From: Spirochaetia bacterium
GTDB lineage: Bacteria > Spirochaetota > Spirochaetia > UBA9216
Assembly: GCA_965140585.1 (NCBI GenBank)
Contig: OZ223270.1
Span: forward strand, 1-64,000
Reading direction: 5' to 3'
DNA: 64,000 bases
The translations under genes were made by a program, and so were the position numbers. Below, in pieces: positions 14,576 through 23,244 of this stretch. Position 1 is the stretch's first letter; every line of letters starts with the position of its first letter. The notes beneath the pieces were generated by a model that ran no database searches, had not been told where the DNA came from, and saw only the letters and a program-made list of their open reading frames with translations.

Positions 14576-16132
14576 ATGCTTAATATACTTAGTAACAGGA
14601 ATTTGAAATTGCACGAGACGATAAAATCACAGGCTGTTTTTCTGGACAGGGACGGAACAATCATCCACGATGAAGGATACCTGAAGGATCCGGAAAAAAT
14701 ACGCTTGTTTGATGACAGTATCGACTCGCTCAGAAAGCTGCAGAAGGATTATGAACTCTTTGTTGTAACAAATCAGAGCGGAGTTGCAAAAGGACTTACA
14801 TCCGAAACCGAAGTAAACTCCGTAAACAGCCGGCTCGATCATATGCTTAGAGAAGCCGGAATATATATTCGCGAATGGTATGTATGCATCCATGACAAAG
14901 AAGATAACTGCGAATGCCGTAAACCAAAACCATACTTCCTGCTCAAGGCTTCTGAAGATTACGGCATCAATCTTAAACATTCCTGGATGCTCGGCGATCA
15001 TCCTTCCGATGTTGAGACCGCCCTTGCATGCGGAGCAAAGGGTATATATCTGCTTACCGGTCACGGCGCAAAACACCTTGATGAACTGGGAAGAGAAATC
15101 AGTGTATTTCACACACTAACCGATGCCGTACGCTTTATTATGGAAGAAAGCCTGCCCGGAAAGGCGAATTTCTGCAGCATCTCCGATGGGGCGGAAATAA
15201 TCCGAAAGGGCGGGCTTGTAGCCTTTCCTACAGAAACTGTTTACGGCCTGGGTGCTGACGTATTCAACCCTGCCGCCGTAGAAAACATTTTCCGGCTTAA
15301 GGGAAGACCTCTGTTCAACCCCTTAATTGCGCATATTCCGGACAGAAAAATGCTTGAACGGCTTACAGATAATATTCCGGAATCTGCCGGGAGACTGATG
15401 GATGCATTCTGGCCGGGCCCCCTTACAATCGTTTTCAATAAAAAGGCCGGGGTTCCTGATATTGTAACCGGAGGCAACAGCACCGTAGCAGTCAGAATGC
15501 CGTCGCACCCGCTGGCTCTTAAACTGATAAGGCTGGCCGATACACCGGTTGCCGCACCCAGCGCCAACGCCTTTGGAAGAACAAGCCCCACAACAGCTTT
15601 CCATGTGATTGAACAGCTTGGAACCGAGGGCTACGGAATAATAGACGGGGGTGCATCACGGGTCGGAGTTGAATCAACTGTTATATCTCTGGCCCATGAA
15701 ATACCGCAGCTTCTAAGGCCCGGCGGTATCTCAAAAGACCAGATAGAAGCGGTTATCGGACCGGTTTCCATTCCGGAAAAAACCGTGCTCGACCATCCTG
15801 AGGCCCCGGGAATGCTTGAAAGCCATTATTCACCCGTAACACCGATGTTCCTTTCAGCATCTCAGCCTTCAGACAACGAAGATCCGCAAACAGGGCTGCT
15901 TCTGTTCAAACCGGAAGACATCAGAAGCGCAGGACCGGTGGAAATACTGAGTAAATCGGCAGATACCGAAGAGGCTGCGGTCAATCTCTACGCAGCCATG
16001 CGCCGGCTGGACAGCAAAAAATTGAAAAGAATAATTGCTTATCCCGTGCCGGAGACCGGTGCGGGACATGCAGTAAATGACAGGATCAAAAAAGCGGTCA
16101 AAGGCAGCAGCAGCGACTCCAACCAGACATAG
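14576..16132 (+). CDS. Fusion of a GmhB-like HAD-IIIA phosphatase and a Sua5-type L-threonylcarbamoyladenylate synthase
   Basis: N-terminal AVFLDRDGT, VTNQSG, CIH...CECRKP, GD..SD. C-terminal PTETVYGL, KGRP, APSAN, GVEST, PGM..SHY and Sua5 tail. Exact start uncertain. Confidence 0.88.
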   Translation: MLNILSNRNLKLHETIKSQAVFLDRDGTIIHDEGYLKDPEKIRLFDDSIDSLRKLQKDYELFVVTNQSGVAKGLTSETEVNSVNSRLDHMLREAGIYIREWYVCIHDKEDNCECRKPKPYFLLKASEDYGINLKHSWMLGDHPSDVETALACGAKGIYLLTGHGAKHLDELGREISVFHTLTDAVRFIMEESLPGKANFCSISDGAEIIRKGGLVAFPTETVYGLGADVFNPAAVENIFRLKGRPLFNPLIAHIPDRKMLERLTDNIPESAGRLMDAFWPGPLTIVFNKKAGVPDIVTGGNSTVAVRMPSHPLALKLIRLADTPVAAPSANAFGRTSPTTAFHVIEQLGTEGYGIIDGGASRVGVESTVISLAHEIPQLLRPGGISKDQIEAVIGPVSIPEKTVLDHPEAPGMLESHYSPVTPMFLSASQPSDNEDPQTGLLLFKPEDIRSAGPVEILSKSADTEEAAVNLYAAMRRLDSKKLKRIIAYPVPETGAGHAVNDRIKKAVKGSSSDSNQT

Positions 16133-16166
16133 CAATAAACTCTTTAGATATTCAGGCTGAAGCTTA

Positions 16167-16328
16167 TCAGTCTTTCCAGGTTACAAGAATCTTTTCACCG
16201 GGCATGGATTTTGCAGCCATCTCGGCAAGTTTTTTAATCTCTTCCTTACAGCAGTCAATTCCCTTTGAACCGTCTATCCTCTGAACAAGTTCGTCGGAAA
16301 ATTCTTTAATAGTAATTTCTTTTTGCAT
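16167..16328 (-). CDS. 53-aa small protein (below the ORF-track cutoff)
   Basis: AAGGAGAG RBS; MQKEITIKEFSDELVQRIDGSKGIDCCKEEIKKLAEMAAKSMPGEKILVTWKD*; fills an otherwise empty gap. Confidence 0.7.
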   Translation of the reverse strand: MQKEITIKEFSDELVQRIDGSKGIDCCKEEIKKLAEMAAKSMPGEKILVTWKD

Positions 16329-16476
16329 AATACTCTCCTTGATATACCTTATTCTAATAAATCAGACTGCAAATGTCGAACAAAGTTTTTATATAAATTT
16401 AACTGAAATCATGTTATATTAACCGATACCTCAAAAAAATCAGAGAAAATCGGCTTATGCAAGGAATCCAGAGAAG

Positions 16477-17907
16477 ATGAAAAAGCTTGCAGGCATTATT
16501 CAGAAAATATTTTTACTCATTTTTCTTCTTCTTACAGCAATAACCTGCACCATAATACTTCAAGGCAGACTTTTTGAAAAATCGATGATGGAATTCAGAA
16601 AGCAGGAACTTAAAACCCTTGTATCCCTTGCTCTTAACAGCATAAAAGATATCCGGACCGATTATGAGGATGGAAAAATTGAATATGATGAAGCTCTAAG
16701 CATAGTACAAAAACGGGTCAGCAGACTTGCCTACGATGAGGCCATGGGTAAGAATTATATTTTCATGAGCGCATATGACGGGACAATGCTGGTTCAGCCT
16801 TTTCAGCCTGAACTTATCGGCACAAACCAGCTTGATCTAATGGATCCGGATGATGTTTTCATTATAAGAGAACTTATAGAAACGGCCCGGAGCGGCTCAG
16901 GTTATTTCGGTTACAAATACTATTCTCCTGAGGGCGGAGTAATGCAGGACAAACTCTCCTACGTATACGGACTTCAGGATTTTAACTGTTACATTGGAAC
17001 CGGGATGTACCTCAACGATATCAAAAGTATAGTTTCCCGATTCACATCATTATCTGCAGTTATTCTTATAAGTCTCATCTTTGCTGTATCACTAACCGGC
17101 GGATTTTTACTTTTCCCCATCCTTGAAGCAGTCCGCTACATAACGGCCAAATATCAGTACATGAGCCTGAATCCTGCCAATGAAGACTTCTTTATCGACA
17201 CATCCGGATATCGGGAAAACTCGGATGCAGGGAAACTGGTATATCATTTTGCCGAAATGACTGATGCACTGAGCGCCAGCAACAGAGAGCTTAAGAAGAC
17301 CATTGAGGAGAGAAACTACCTCATAAAAGAGATACACCACAGGGTAAAAAATAACCTGCAGACTATTATCTCACTATTGAGTCTTCAGATTAATAAAACC
17401 ACAGATGAAAGTGTCAAAAAAATAATTCTGGACAGCGTGAACCGTATTGAGTCCATGAATCTTATACATAAAAAGCTATACCTTAACGACAGGCTCTCAG
17501 CCGTAAATCTTCAGACCTACATTCACGAACTGGCAGTCCAGATAATCAAAAGCTTTGACGAAACAGTTCATGTTAAACTCATCGACGACATTGAGAATAT
17601 TGAGCTTGATATTGACTACACTGTTCATCTGGGAATGATAATTACTGAAATAGTAACAAACAGTATTAAATACGCTTCAAGCCAGGATAATCCGGAGATA
17701 AAAATAGGAGTCCAAAAATCAGAAACAGGGCTGACAATGATGATATGCGATAACGGCCCCGGCATTCCCGAGAAATACCACAATGGAAAAGAATCAAGCC
17801 TTGGAATAGTCCTGATCAGGAATCTCACCAGGCAGCTTGATGGCGATATCAAAATCACCAATTCAGACGGAACATGTATTGAAATTAAGATTCCGCTGAA
17901 ATATTGA
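16477..17907 (+). CDS. Membrane sensor histidine kinase (Cache sensor, HisKA_2 family)
   Basis: Two TM helices flanking a Cache domain (YIF...DGTMLVQP...IGTG.Y); EIHHRVKNNLQ, EIVTNSIKY, DNGPG, SLG. Confidence 0.9.
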   Translation: MKKLAGIIQKIFLLIFLLLTAITCTIILQGRLFEKSMMEFRKQELKTLVSLALNSIKDIRTDYEDGKIEYDEALSIVQKRVSRLAYDEAMGKNYIFMSAYDGTMLVQPFQPELIGTNQLDLMDPDDVFIIRELIETARSGSGYFGYKYYSPEGGVMQDKLSYVYGLQDFNCYIGTGMYLNDIKSIVSRFTSLSAVILISLIFAVSLTGGFLLFPILEAVRYITAKYQYMSLNPANEDFFIDTSGYRENSDAGKLVYHFAEMTDALSASNRELKKTIEERNYLIKEIHHRVKNNLQTIISLLSLQINKTTDESVKKIILDSVNRIESMNLIHKKLYLNDRLSAVNLQTYIHELAVQIIKSFDETVHVKLIDDIENIELDIDYTVHLGMIITEIVTNSIKYASSQDNPEIKIGVQKSETGLTMMICDNGPGIPEKYHNGKESSLGIVLIRNLTRQLDGDIKITNSDGTCIEIKIPLKY

Positions 17908-18021
17908 CAAATCGGAAAAAAACATTAAATTAGAATCAGGTTGTATGCCTCAGACAGACGGACCCTTTATGCTAACGCTGCTTGTTTATGTTATTTATTC
18001 AGGTTATGGGAGTACCACAAC

Positions 18022-18234
18022 ATGGCTGAAAAATTGTGGTTTGTTTATGAGTCGGGGTTCCCGATCTACGTTTATCAATCAAAGACAGATGCTCAAAGAG
18101 CTGTAAAAGAAATGGAAATCGACTCTGATTACGAAGATTTAAGCATGGAGAGTGTTCTGCTCGACGATCTGGAAGAGTTTCAGGACGATTATCAGGACGA
18201 ATTTGAACTTGCAATGGATGAAGGCCTTATTTAG
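18022..18234 (+). CDS. Small, highly acidic hypothetical protein (70 aa)
   Basis: GGAG RBS before ATG 18022 (MAEKLWFVYESG...); D/E-rich C-terminal half; 3' end overlaps znuB. Confidence 0.6.
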   Translation: MAEKLWFVYESGFPIYVYQSKTDAQRAVKEMEIDSDYEDLSMESVLLDDLEEFQDDYQDEFELAMDEGLI

Positions 18235-19090
18235 AAGCCTTCATCCTTATTCTGTCAAAAATGAGCTTAAATACTCTTAATAAAATATATGCCGCTGCAG
18301 CAAGAATAATGGTAACAGAACCGGTAGCCATATCAAGCTGATAACTGATCATCAGACCGGTTATCGACAGAATGATTGAAAACAGAATCGAGTACAATAT
18401 CATTCCCGACAACTTTCGCGAGAACACAGAAGCCATTGCAGGCGGAATAGTAAGAAAAGCAATAACCATCACGGTACCGACAAGGGAAACCATCAGAACA
18501 ACTGTGACACTGATAAGGATCAGAATAATTGTCTGGTAAACCCTTATATTCAAACCCCTTGTCTGAGCGAACTCTGCATCAAAAGAAACAGCCTGAAGCT
18601 GAGGATAAAAAACTATTCCCGCAGCAAGCACAACCAGAGAGAAGACCGATATGGTAATCAGCTCACTGCTGCTGATCAGCAGGATATTTCCAAAAAGGTA
18701 ACTCATTGGATCAATGTATCCGGGAGTTTTAGCAATAAACAGCAGTCCAAGAGACATGCCGACAGCCCAGACAGCTCCTATAACCGTATCAAGCCGCTCC
18801 TTTCCGAAAGTCATCACTGCACTGAGAACCCCTGCGGCAATAAGCGCAAATGCAAAAGCGCCGATTGTAGGACTGAGCCATGTAACACCCAGCACCGTAC
18901 TCATATACAGGGCCAGCCCAATGCCTCCGAGAATAGAATGGCTTACTGCACCGGCAACAGAACTCATCTTTCTGACAACAACAAAGCTTCCGATAAAACC
19001 AAATGGAACACTTCCTATAACGCCGGCAAGAAAGGCCATCCTTATAAAGGGCACATCCGGATTAAATAAAGCCGCTATAAAATCACTCAT
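18227..19090 (-). CDS. znuB: Zn/Mn ABC transporter permease
   Basis: GSFVVVRKMS..GAVSHS.LGG, SYLFGNIL, SFDAEFA; ABC-3 family. Confidence 0.9.
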   Translation of the reverse strand: MSDFIAALFNPDVPFIRMAFLAGVIGSVPFGFIGSFVVVRKMSSVAGAVSHSILGGIGLALYMSTVLGVTWLSPTIGAFAFALIAAGVLSAVMTFGKERLDTVIGAVWAVGMSLGLLFIAKTPGYIDPMSYLFGNILLISSSELITISVFSLVVLAAGIVFYPQLQAVSFDAEFAQTRGLNIRVYQTIILILISVTVVLMVSLVGTVMVIAFLTIPPAMASVFSRKLSGMILYSILFSIILSITGLMISYQLDMATGSVTIILAAAAYILLRVFKLIFDRIRMKASK

Positions 19091-19833
19091 TTTCCGGCCT
19101 CTTCTCTTTCCAGCAGATGATCATGTCTTACAACCTTCATCTGCCTCCCGTAGGATGCGCTGATTAAATCTTTATCAACTTCCTCAACCGGATGCTCAAC
19201 CACACGCCGGTTTACACAGAGGACCCGGCTTGTGATATCTGAAACAAAACCCAGATCATGAGTAACGAGAACGATTGTAAGCTCACTGCTCAGCCTTTGA
19301 AGCAGATCAGAGAGCTGCTTCTCTGCATCAGTATCAATGTTGGCTGTCGGCTCATCAGCAAGCAAAACCTCAGGACTTGACGCAAGCGCCCTGGCTATAA
19401 GAACTCTTTGACGCTGACCGCCGGAAAGTTCAAAAAACGTACGCCCGCCAAGACCGTCCAGACCGACTTGCTGAAGGCAGGCTTCTGCAGCTTCCTTATC
19501 CGCCCTGGAATAGAAACCGAAACTCCTTATCCTGCCGGAAAGAACCACTTCCTTCACTGTAACAGGGTATGAAGGGTCAAGCTCTGAGTGCTGGGGAACA
19601 TAACCGAAAAAACGGGTCCGATCTCCGTTTATTCTGACGGCACCCTTCTGCGGTTTCAGCTGTCCCATCAGAAGCCTCAGAAGCGTTGTCTTCCCCCCGC
19701 CGTTAGGACCTATTATGGTAATGATATCATTTTTATTAATACTGAAACTGGCGTTCTCAATAACGGGATGAATATCATAACCGAAGGTTATATCATCAGC
19801 TTTTAGCAGCTCAGTCTTGGCATACACCATCAA
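19087..19833 (-). CDS. znuC: Zn/Mn ABC transporter ATPase
   Basis: GPNGGGKT, GYVPQ, LSGGQRQR, DEPT, VTHD. Confidence 0.92.
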   Translation of the reverse strand: MMVYAKTELLKADDITFGYDIHPVIENASFSINKNDIITIIGPNGGGKTTLLRLLMGQLKPQKGAVRINGDRTRFFGYVPQHSELDPSYPVTVKEVVLSGRIRSFGFYSRADKEAAEACLQQVGLDGLGGRTFFELSGGQRQRVLIARALASSPEVLLADEPTANIDTDAEKQLSDLLQRLSSELTIVLVTHDLGFVSDITSRVLCVNRRVVEHPVEEVDKDLISASYGRQMKVVRHDHLLEREEAGK

Positions 19834-20756
19834 TAAGCCTTCCTGACATTTTCTGAAATCGTATACATATTATCTATATAATCCTCTGCAAGCGGATTAA
19901 GCACTATCACAGTGCCACCTACAGCCCTGGCAATTGCATCCGCACTCTGCCTTGAGAACTCCGGCTGTACAAAAACTATCTTAACATCGTTTTCACGCGC
20001 ATGCTCAATAACCTCTTCAAGCTCTGCCGCAGAAGGCTCCTTACCGCCGGTCTCTATTGCCAGCTGCCGCATTCCGTAGCGATCTGTAAAATATCCGAAT
20101 GAAGGATGAAATACAAAAAGTGTTTTTCCTTTAAAGGGCGCGAGGTCCTGTTCAAGCACCGAATCCAGCTTTTCCAGCTCGCTGACAAGCTCATTGTAGC
20201 CGGCAGTATAATCGGATTCATTTTCGGGATCTAAAGAAACAAGAGTTCTGTAGATGATTTCTGCCTGTGTCATCACCAGAACCGGCGACATCCAGATATG
20301 GGGGTCCACTGTTCCACCCTCATCCTCATCATGACCGTCATCGTCATCATCACCGTCATGAACATGATGCTCAAGCATCCTTTTCTTAATACCTTCAGAA
20401 GTATCTACAATAAGAAGACTATCCGCCTTATCCCTGATACCCGGAAGAAATGCAGATTCAAAGGCCACGCCGACAGTAAAAAACACCCGGCTTTTACCAA
20501 GCGCAATGACCTGTGACGGGGTCGGATCATAGGTCGCAGGACTTCGTCCGGGAAGAACCATAGTCCTTACAGAAACATGCTCCCCGCCGATTTTTTCAAC
20601 AAAATACTTTTGCGGCGGAATACTTACAAAAACTGAATAGCCCGTATCGTTTTCCGGCTCTTCTGATTTCCCCGATGAAAACACAGGAAAAACAGCCAGA
20701 GCAAATATTGATAGTGACAGCAGTAATACAGTCAACTGTTTCATTTTATTCTCCAT
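19830..20756 (-). CDS. znuA: Zinc ABC transporter substrate-binding protein
   Basis: His/Asp-rich loop EHHVHDGDDDDDGHDEDE, DPHIWMSP, VFHPSFGYF, IETGGKEP. Confidence 0.92.
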   Translation of the reverse strand: MENKMKQLTVLLLSLSIFALAVFPVFSSGKSEEPENDTGYSVFVSIPPQKYFVEKIGGEHVSVRTMVLPGRSPATYDPTPSQVIALGKSRVFFTVGVAFESAFLPGIRDKADSLLIVDTSEGIKKRMLEHHVHDGDDDDDGHDEDEGGTVDPHIWMSPVLVMTQAEIIYRTLVSLDPENESDYTAGYNELVSELEKLDSVLEQDLAPFKGKTLFVFHPSFGYFTDRYGMRQLAIETGGKEPSAAELEEVIEHARENDVKIVFVQPEFSRQSADAIARAVGGTVIVLNPLAEDYIDNMYTISENVRKAY

Positions 20757-21005
20757 TTATTCCAATTCACATTTAATATGAACCTGATGGCATTCATTGC
20801 ATTCTTCCAGCTTGTGATGCGTCATGAAATCATCCCAGTGCTGTTTCTGCATTTCACTCAGCGTTCCTGAACCGTTGCAGAGCGGGCACTTATTCCCGAG
20901 AGCTTCTCTGATCGAATTTCTTATAAACTCGGATTTATTCGGTATGCTGTTCAGAGCTTTCACAAGCTCCGGGTCAGCCTTGAACGTAACAACCTGTTCC
21001 TTCAT
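20757..21005 (-). CDS. CopG/RHH-type regulator with a Cys/His-rich metal-binding tail
   Basis: VVTFKAD beta strand, NKSEFIRNSIREAL helix, CPLCNGSG, HH...CNECHQVH..C; first gene of the znu operon. Confidence 0.75.
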   Translation of the reverse strand: MKEQVVTFKADPELVKALNSIPNKSEFIRNSIREALGNKCPLCNGSGTLSEMQKQHWDDFMTHHKLEECNECHQVHIKCELE

Positions 21006-21236
21006 ATTGCCTCAAGGGTAATACTTTTTAATACTCAACGTCAATTGAAAAATATGGGTTTACCGGAAAAATTATGAAATTCAGGAAAATAATTTATTAG
21101 CCACTCATAGATACAAGCCCAAACATTGACATAATTAATATTTAAAGTATTATTTATTAATTTTTTTAATTTTTATAAACTTTTTTATTGATTTTGACAT
21201 AATACAGTGCTATATTAAAAACATCGGAGGATTAAA

Positions 21237-21602
21237 ATGATCCACAGTTGGAAAAAACTTGACGCCATGACCGGCGGAAAAGAATTCATAATAAAAAAAG
21301 TGAGGGTGCCCTCAGATCAGATAGACATCGAGGGCGAGTTCGAACTGCCGCCGCTGGGACGGCTGAGCATGGAGGAGCAGATATTCGTTGCGGCCTTCAT
21401 AAAGACCCACGGTTCCATCAAACAGATGGAGAGCATATTCGGAATATCATACCCCACTGTAAAAAACAGACTGAACCAGATTGCATCAAAAATAGGACTT
21501 GTTGATATCTCTGTTGATATAAAGGCAAGTGTCTCAAGCGTCATTGAAAAACTTGAACGCGGTGAAATAGATGTCAATGATGCATTGAAGGAGCTGGAGT
21601 AA
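21237..21602 (+). CDS. DUF2089 family HTH protein
   Basis: IEGEFELP.L..L..EEQ.F...FIK..GSIKQME..FGISYPTVKNRL. Confidence 0.85.
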   Translation: MIHSWKKLDAMTGGKEFIIKKVRVPSDQIDIEGEFELPPLGRLSMEEQIFVAAFIKTHGSIKQMESIFGISYPTVKNRLNQIASKIGLVDISVDIKASVSSVIEKLERGEIDVNDALKELE

Positions 21603-21874
21603 TGCTGCCGATGCTGTTAAGACTGAAAATCAGGGATGAAAATACTTCATTCGGGCTTTTCATACCGCTGATTATTATATACATACTGCTGCTTCCGGCA
21701 TATCTAATCTGCGGCATCATCTACGCCGTTATAGCCGCATGCGGAAACACAGCATCACAGGCAGGAATATATATGAAGATTGTATTTCGGCTTCCTCAAA
21801 TTTTAGCTGCAGCAAGAGGAACCGAAATAATAGCCCATTCGGATAAATCGAATGTAACACTATATTTAAGGTAA
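21602..21874 (+). CDS. Small membrane protein
   Basis: Hydrophobic core; TAATG overlap with the DUF2089 gene. Confidence 0.7.
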   Translation: MLPMLLRLKIRDENTSFGLFIPLIIIYILLLPAYLICGIIYAVIAACGNTASQAGIYMKIVFRLPQILAAARGTEIIAHSDKSNVTLYLR

Positions 21875-21888
21875 TTACGGAGGATAAT

Positions 21889-22314
21889 ATGGCTGATGAT
21901 AAAATGAAGATTCTTAACATGCTTGCAGAAGGCAAGATCAGCGCGGAAGAAGCGGAAAAGCTGCTGAATGCAGTGGAAAAGACCGAAGAACCGGCCGGCA
22001 CAGGAACAGCAGATCTGCTGAGTTCCCTCGAGAGCAAATTCCTATATGTTCAGGTTGATCCAAAGGATGGAAAATCATCCGAAAGGGTTTCTGTTAAAGT
22101 ACCATTTGCACTGCTGAAAGCGGGACTGAATATCATGGGACTGATACCTGAAGATGTTCAGGATAAGATAAACACGTCAATGGCAGATAAGGGAATGAAC
22201 TTCAATCTGAACGACATTAAACCCGAAAATGTCCAGGATATTCTTACTGCACTTGAACAACTTACAGTAGATGTTGATTCCGATGACTCAACTGTTAAGG
22301 TTTACTGCAGATAA
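21889..22314 (+). CDS. SHOCT-like domain protein (DUF2089 operon partner)
   Basis: KILNMLAEGKISAEEAEKLL N-terminus, V.VKVP..L; GGAGG RBS. Confidence 0.8.
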   Translation: MADDKMKILNMLAEGKISAEEAEKLLNAVEKTEEPAGTGTADLLSSLESKFLYVQVDPKDGKSSERVSVKVPFALLKAGLNIMGLIPEDVQDKINTSMADKGMNFNLNDIKPENVQDILTALEQLTVDVDSDDSTVKVYCR

Positions 22315-22332
22315 ACAGAAGCATGTTTCGAC

Positions 22333-22372
22333 AAAGAACCGCCGGATAGAGACTCTCCGGCGGTTCTTTTTT
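22333..22372 (+). terminator. Intrinsic terminator
   Basis: AAAGAACCGCCGGA...TCCGGCGGTTCTTT plus T-run. Confidence 0.88.
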
Positions 22373-22404
22373 AATTAATAACTTTTATATATAATACCGA
22401 TCAT

Positions 22405-23241
22405 ATGATCATGGAAACCTTTTCAAAATACATGTCCGCCCTGCCGGTCATGCCCGACATTGCAGCAAAAATCATCAGTATACCTGAAGATAATATAGAT
22501 ATATCCTTCAAAGAACTTGAAAACATGATAAAAGTTGACCCGGGTCTTACGACGAAAATTTTAAAAGTAGCCAATTCAGCGATGTACGCCAGACAGAAGG
22601 AAGTGACCTCTCTTCAGGCGGCAATAACACTCCTTGGATTCAAGACTATTAAAAGTCTGGTCTTCCTCGTGTCCGCATCCAACATGTTTAAAAAGGACAA
22701 CAGCAAAGAGTTCTTCAAAAGCTTCTGGAAACATTCAATTCTAACGGCTTTCATTTCACAGAATATTGCAGTGAGGACAGGCTTTAGACGTCTTAGTGAT
22801 GAAATATTTCTGGCAGGACTGCTTCACGATATCGGAAAAGTACCTCTTTACCAGTCAGAGCCGGAACTGTTCTACAGAATCACCGATACAGAATCGGAAA
22901 AGACTATCTACCATACAGACCACAAGGAAATCGGCGGAGCTGTGCTAAATTCATGGTCTTTTCCTGAAGTCTACGTGGATACGGCAATGGAGCATGGAAC
23001 CTACAACATTACATCGCCCCACAAGACCCTCATTCTCATAGTTTCAGCAGCTGACATAATATCAGGTTTTTACGAGGATTTCTCCAAGGATGAATATCCC
23101 CTAGAGGCTCTTCAAGCCTTCATGCTGAGACTTAATATGAAGAATGAGGACCTGAATTACTACCGGAACGATTTCTATTCAAGCCTGACAGCTGACAAAC
23201 TTTTCATAGAATGCGGGTCGCTGTTCGGATTGGAGAAATAA
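22405..23241 (+). CDS. HDOD domain protein
   Basis: LPVMP, DPGLTTKILKVANS, AITLLG, FWKHS, AGLLHDIGK. Confidence 0.92.
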   Translation: MIMETFSKYMSALPVMPDIAAKIISIPEDNIDISFKELENMIKVDPGLTTKILKVANSAMYARQKEVTSLQAAITLLGFKTIKSLVFLVSASNMFKKDNSKEFFKSFWKHSILTAFISQNIAVRTGFRRLSDEIFLAGLLHDIGKVPLYQSEPELFYRITDTESEKTIYHTDHKEIGGAVLNSWSFPEVYVDTAMEHGTYNITSPHKTLILIVSAADIISGFYEDFSKDEYPLEALQAFMLRLNMKNEDLNYYRNDFYSSLTADKLFIECGSLFGLEK

Positions 23242-23244
23242 AAA

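Noticed and set aside
20318-20370. CAT/CGT-rich short repeats as a microsatellite or contingency locus
   Set aside because: They encode the normal His/Asp loop of ZnuA.
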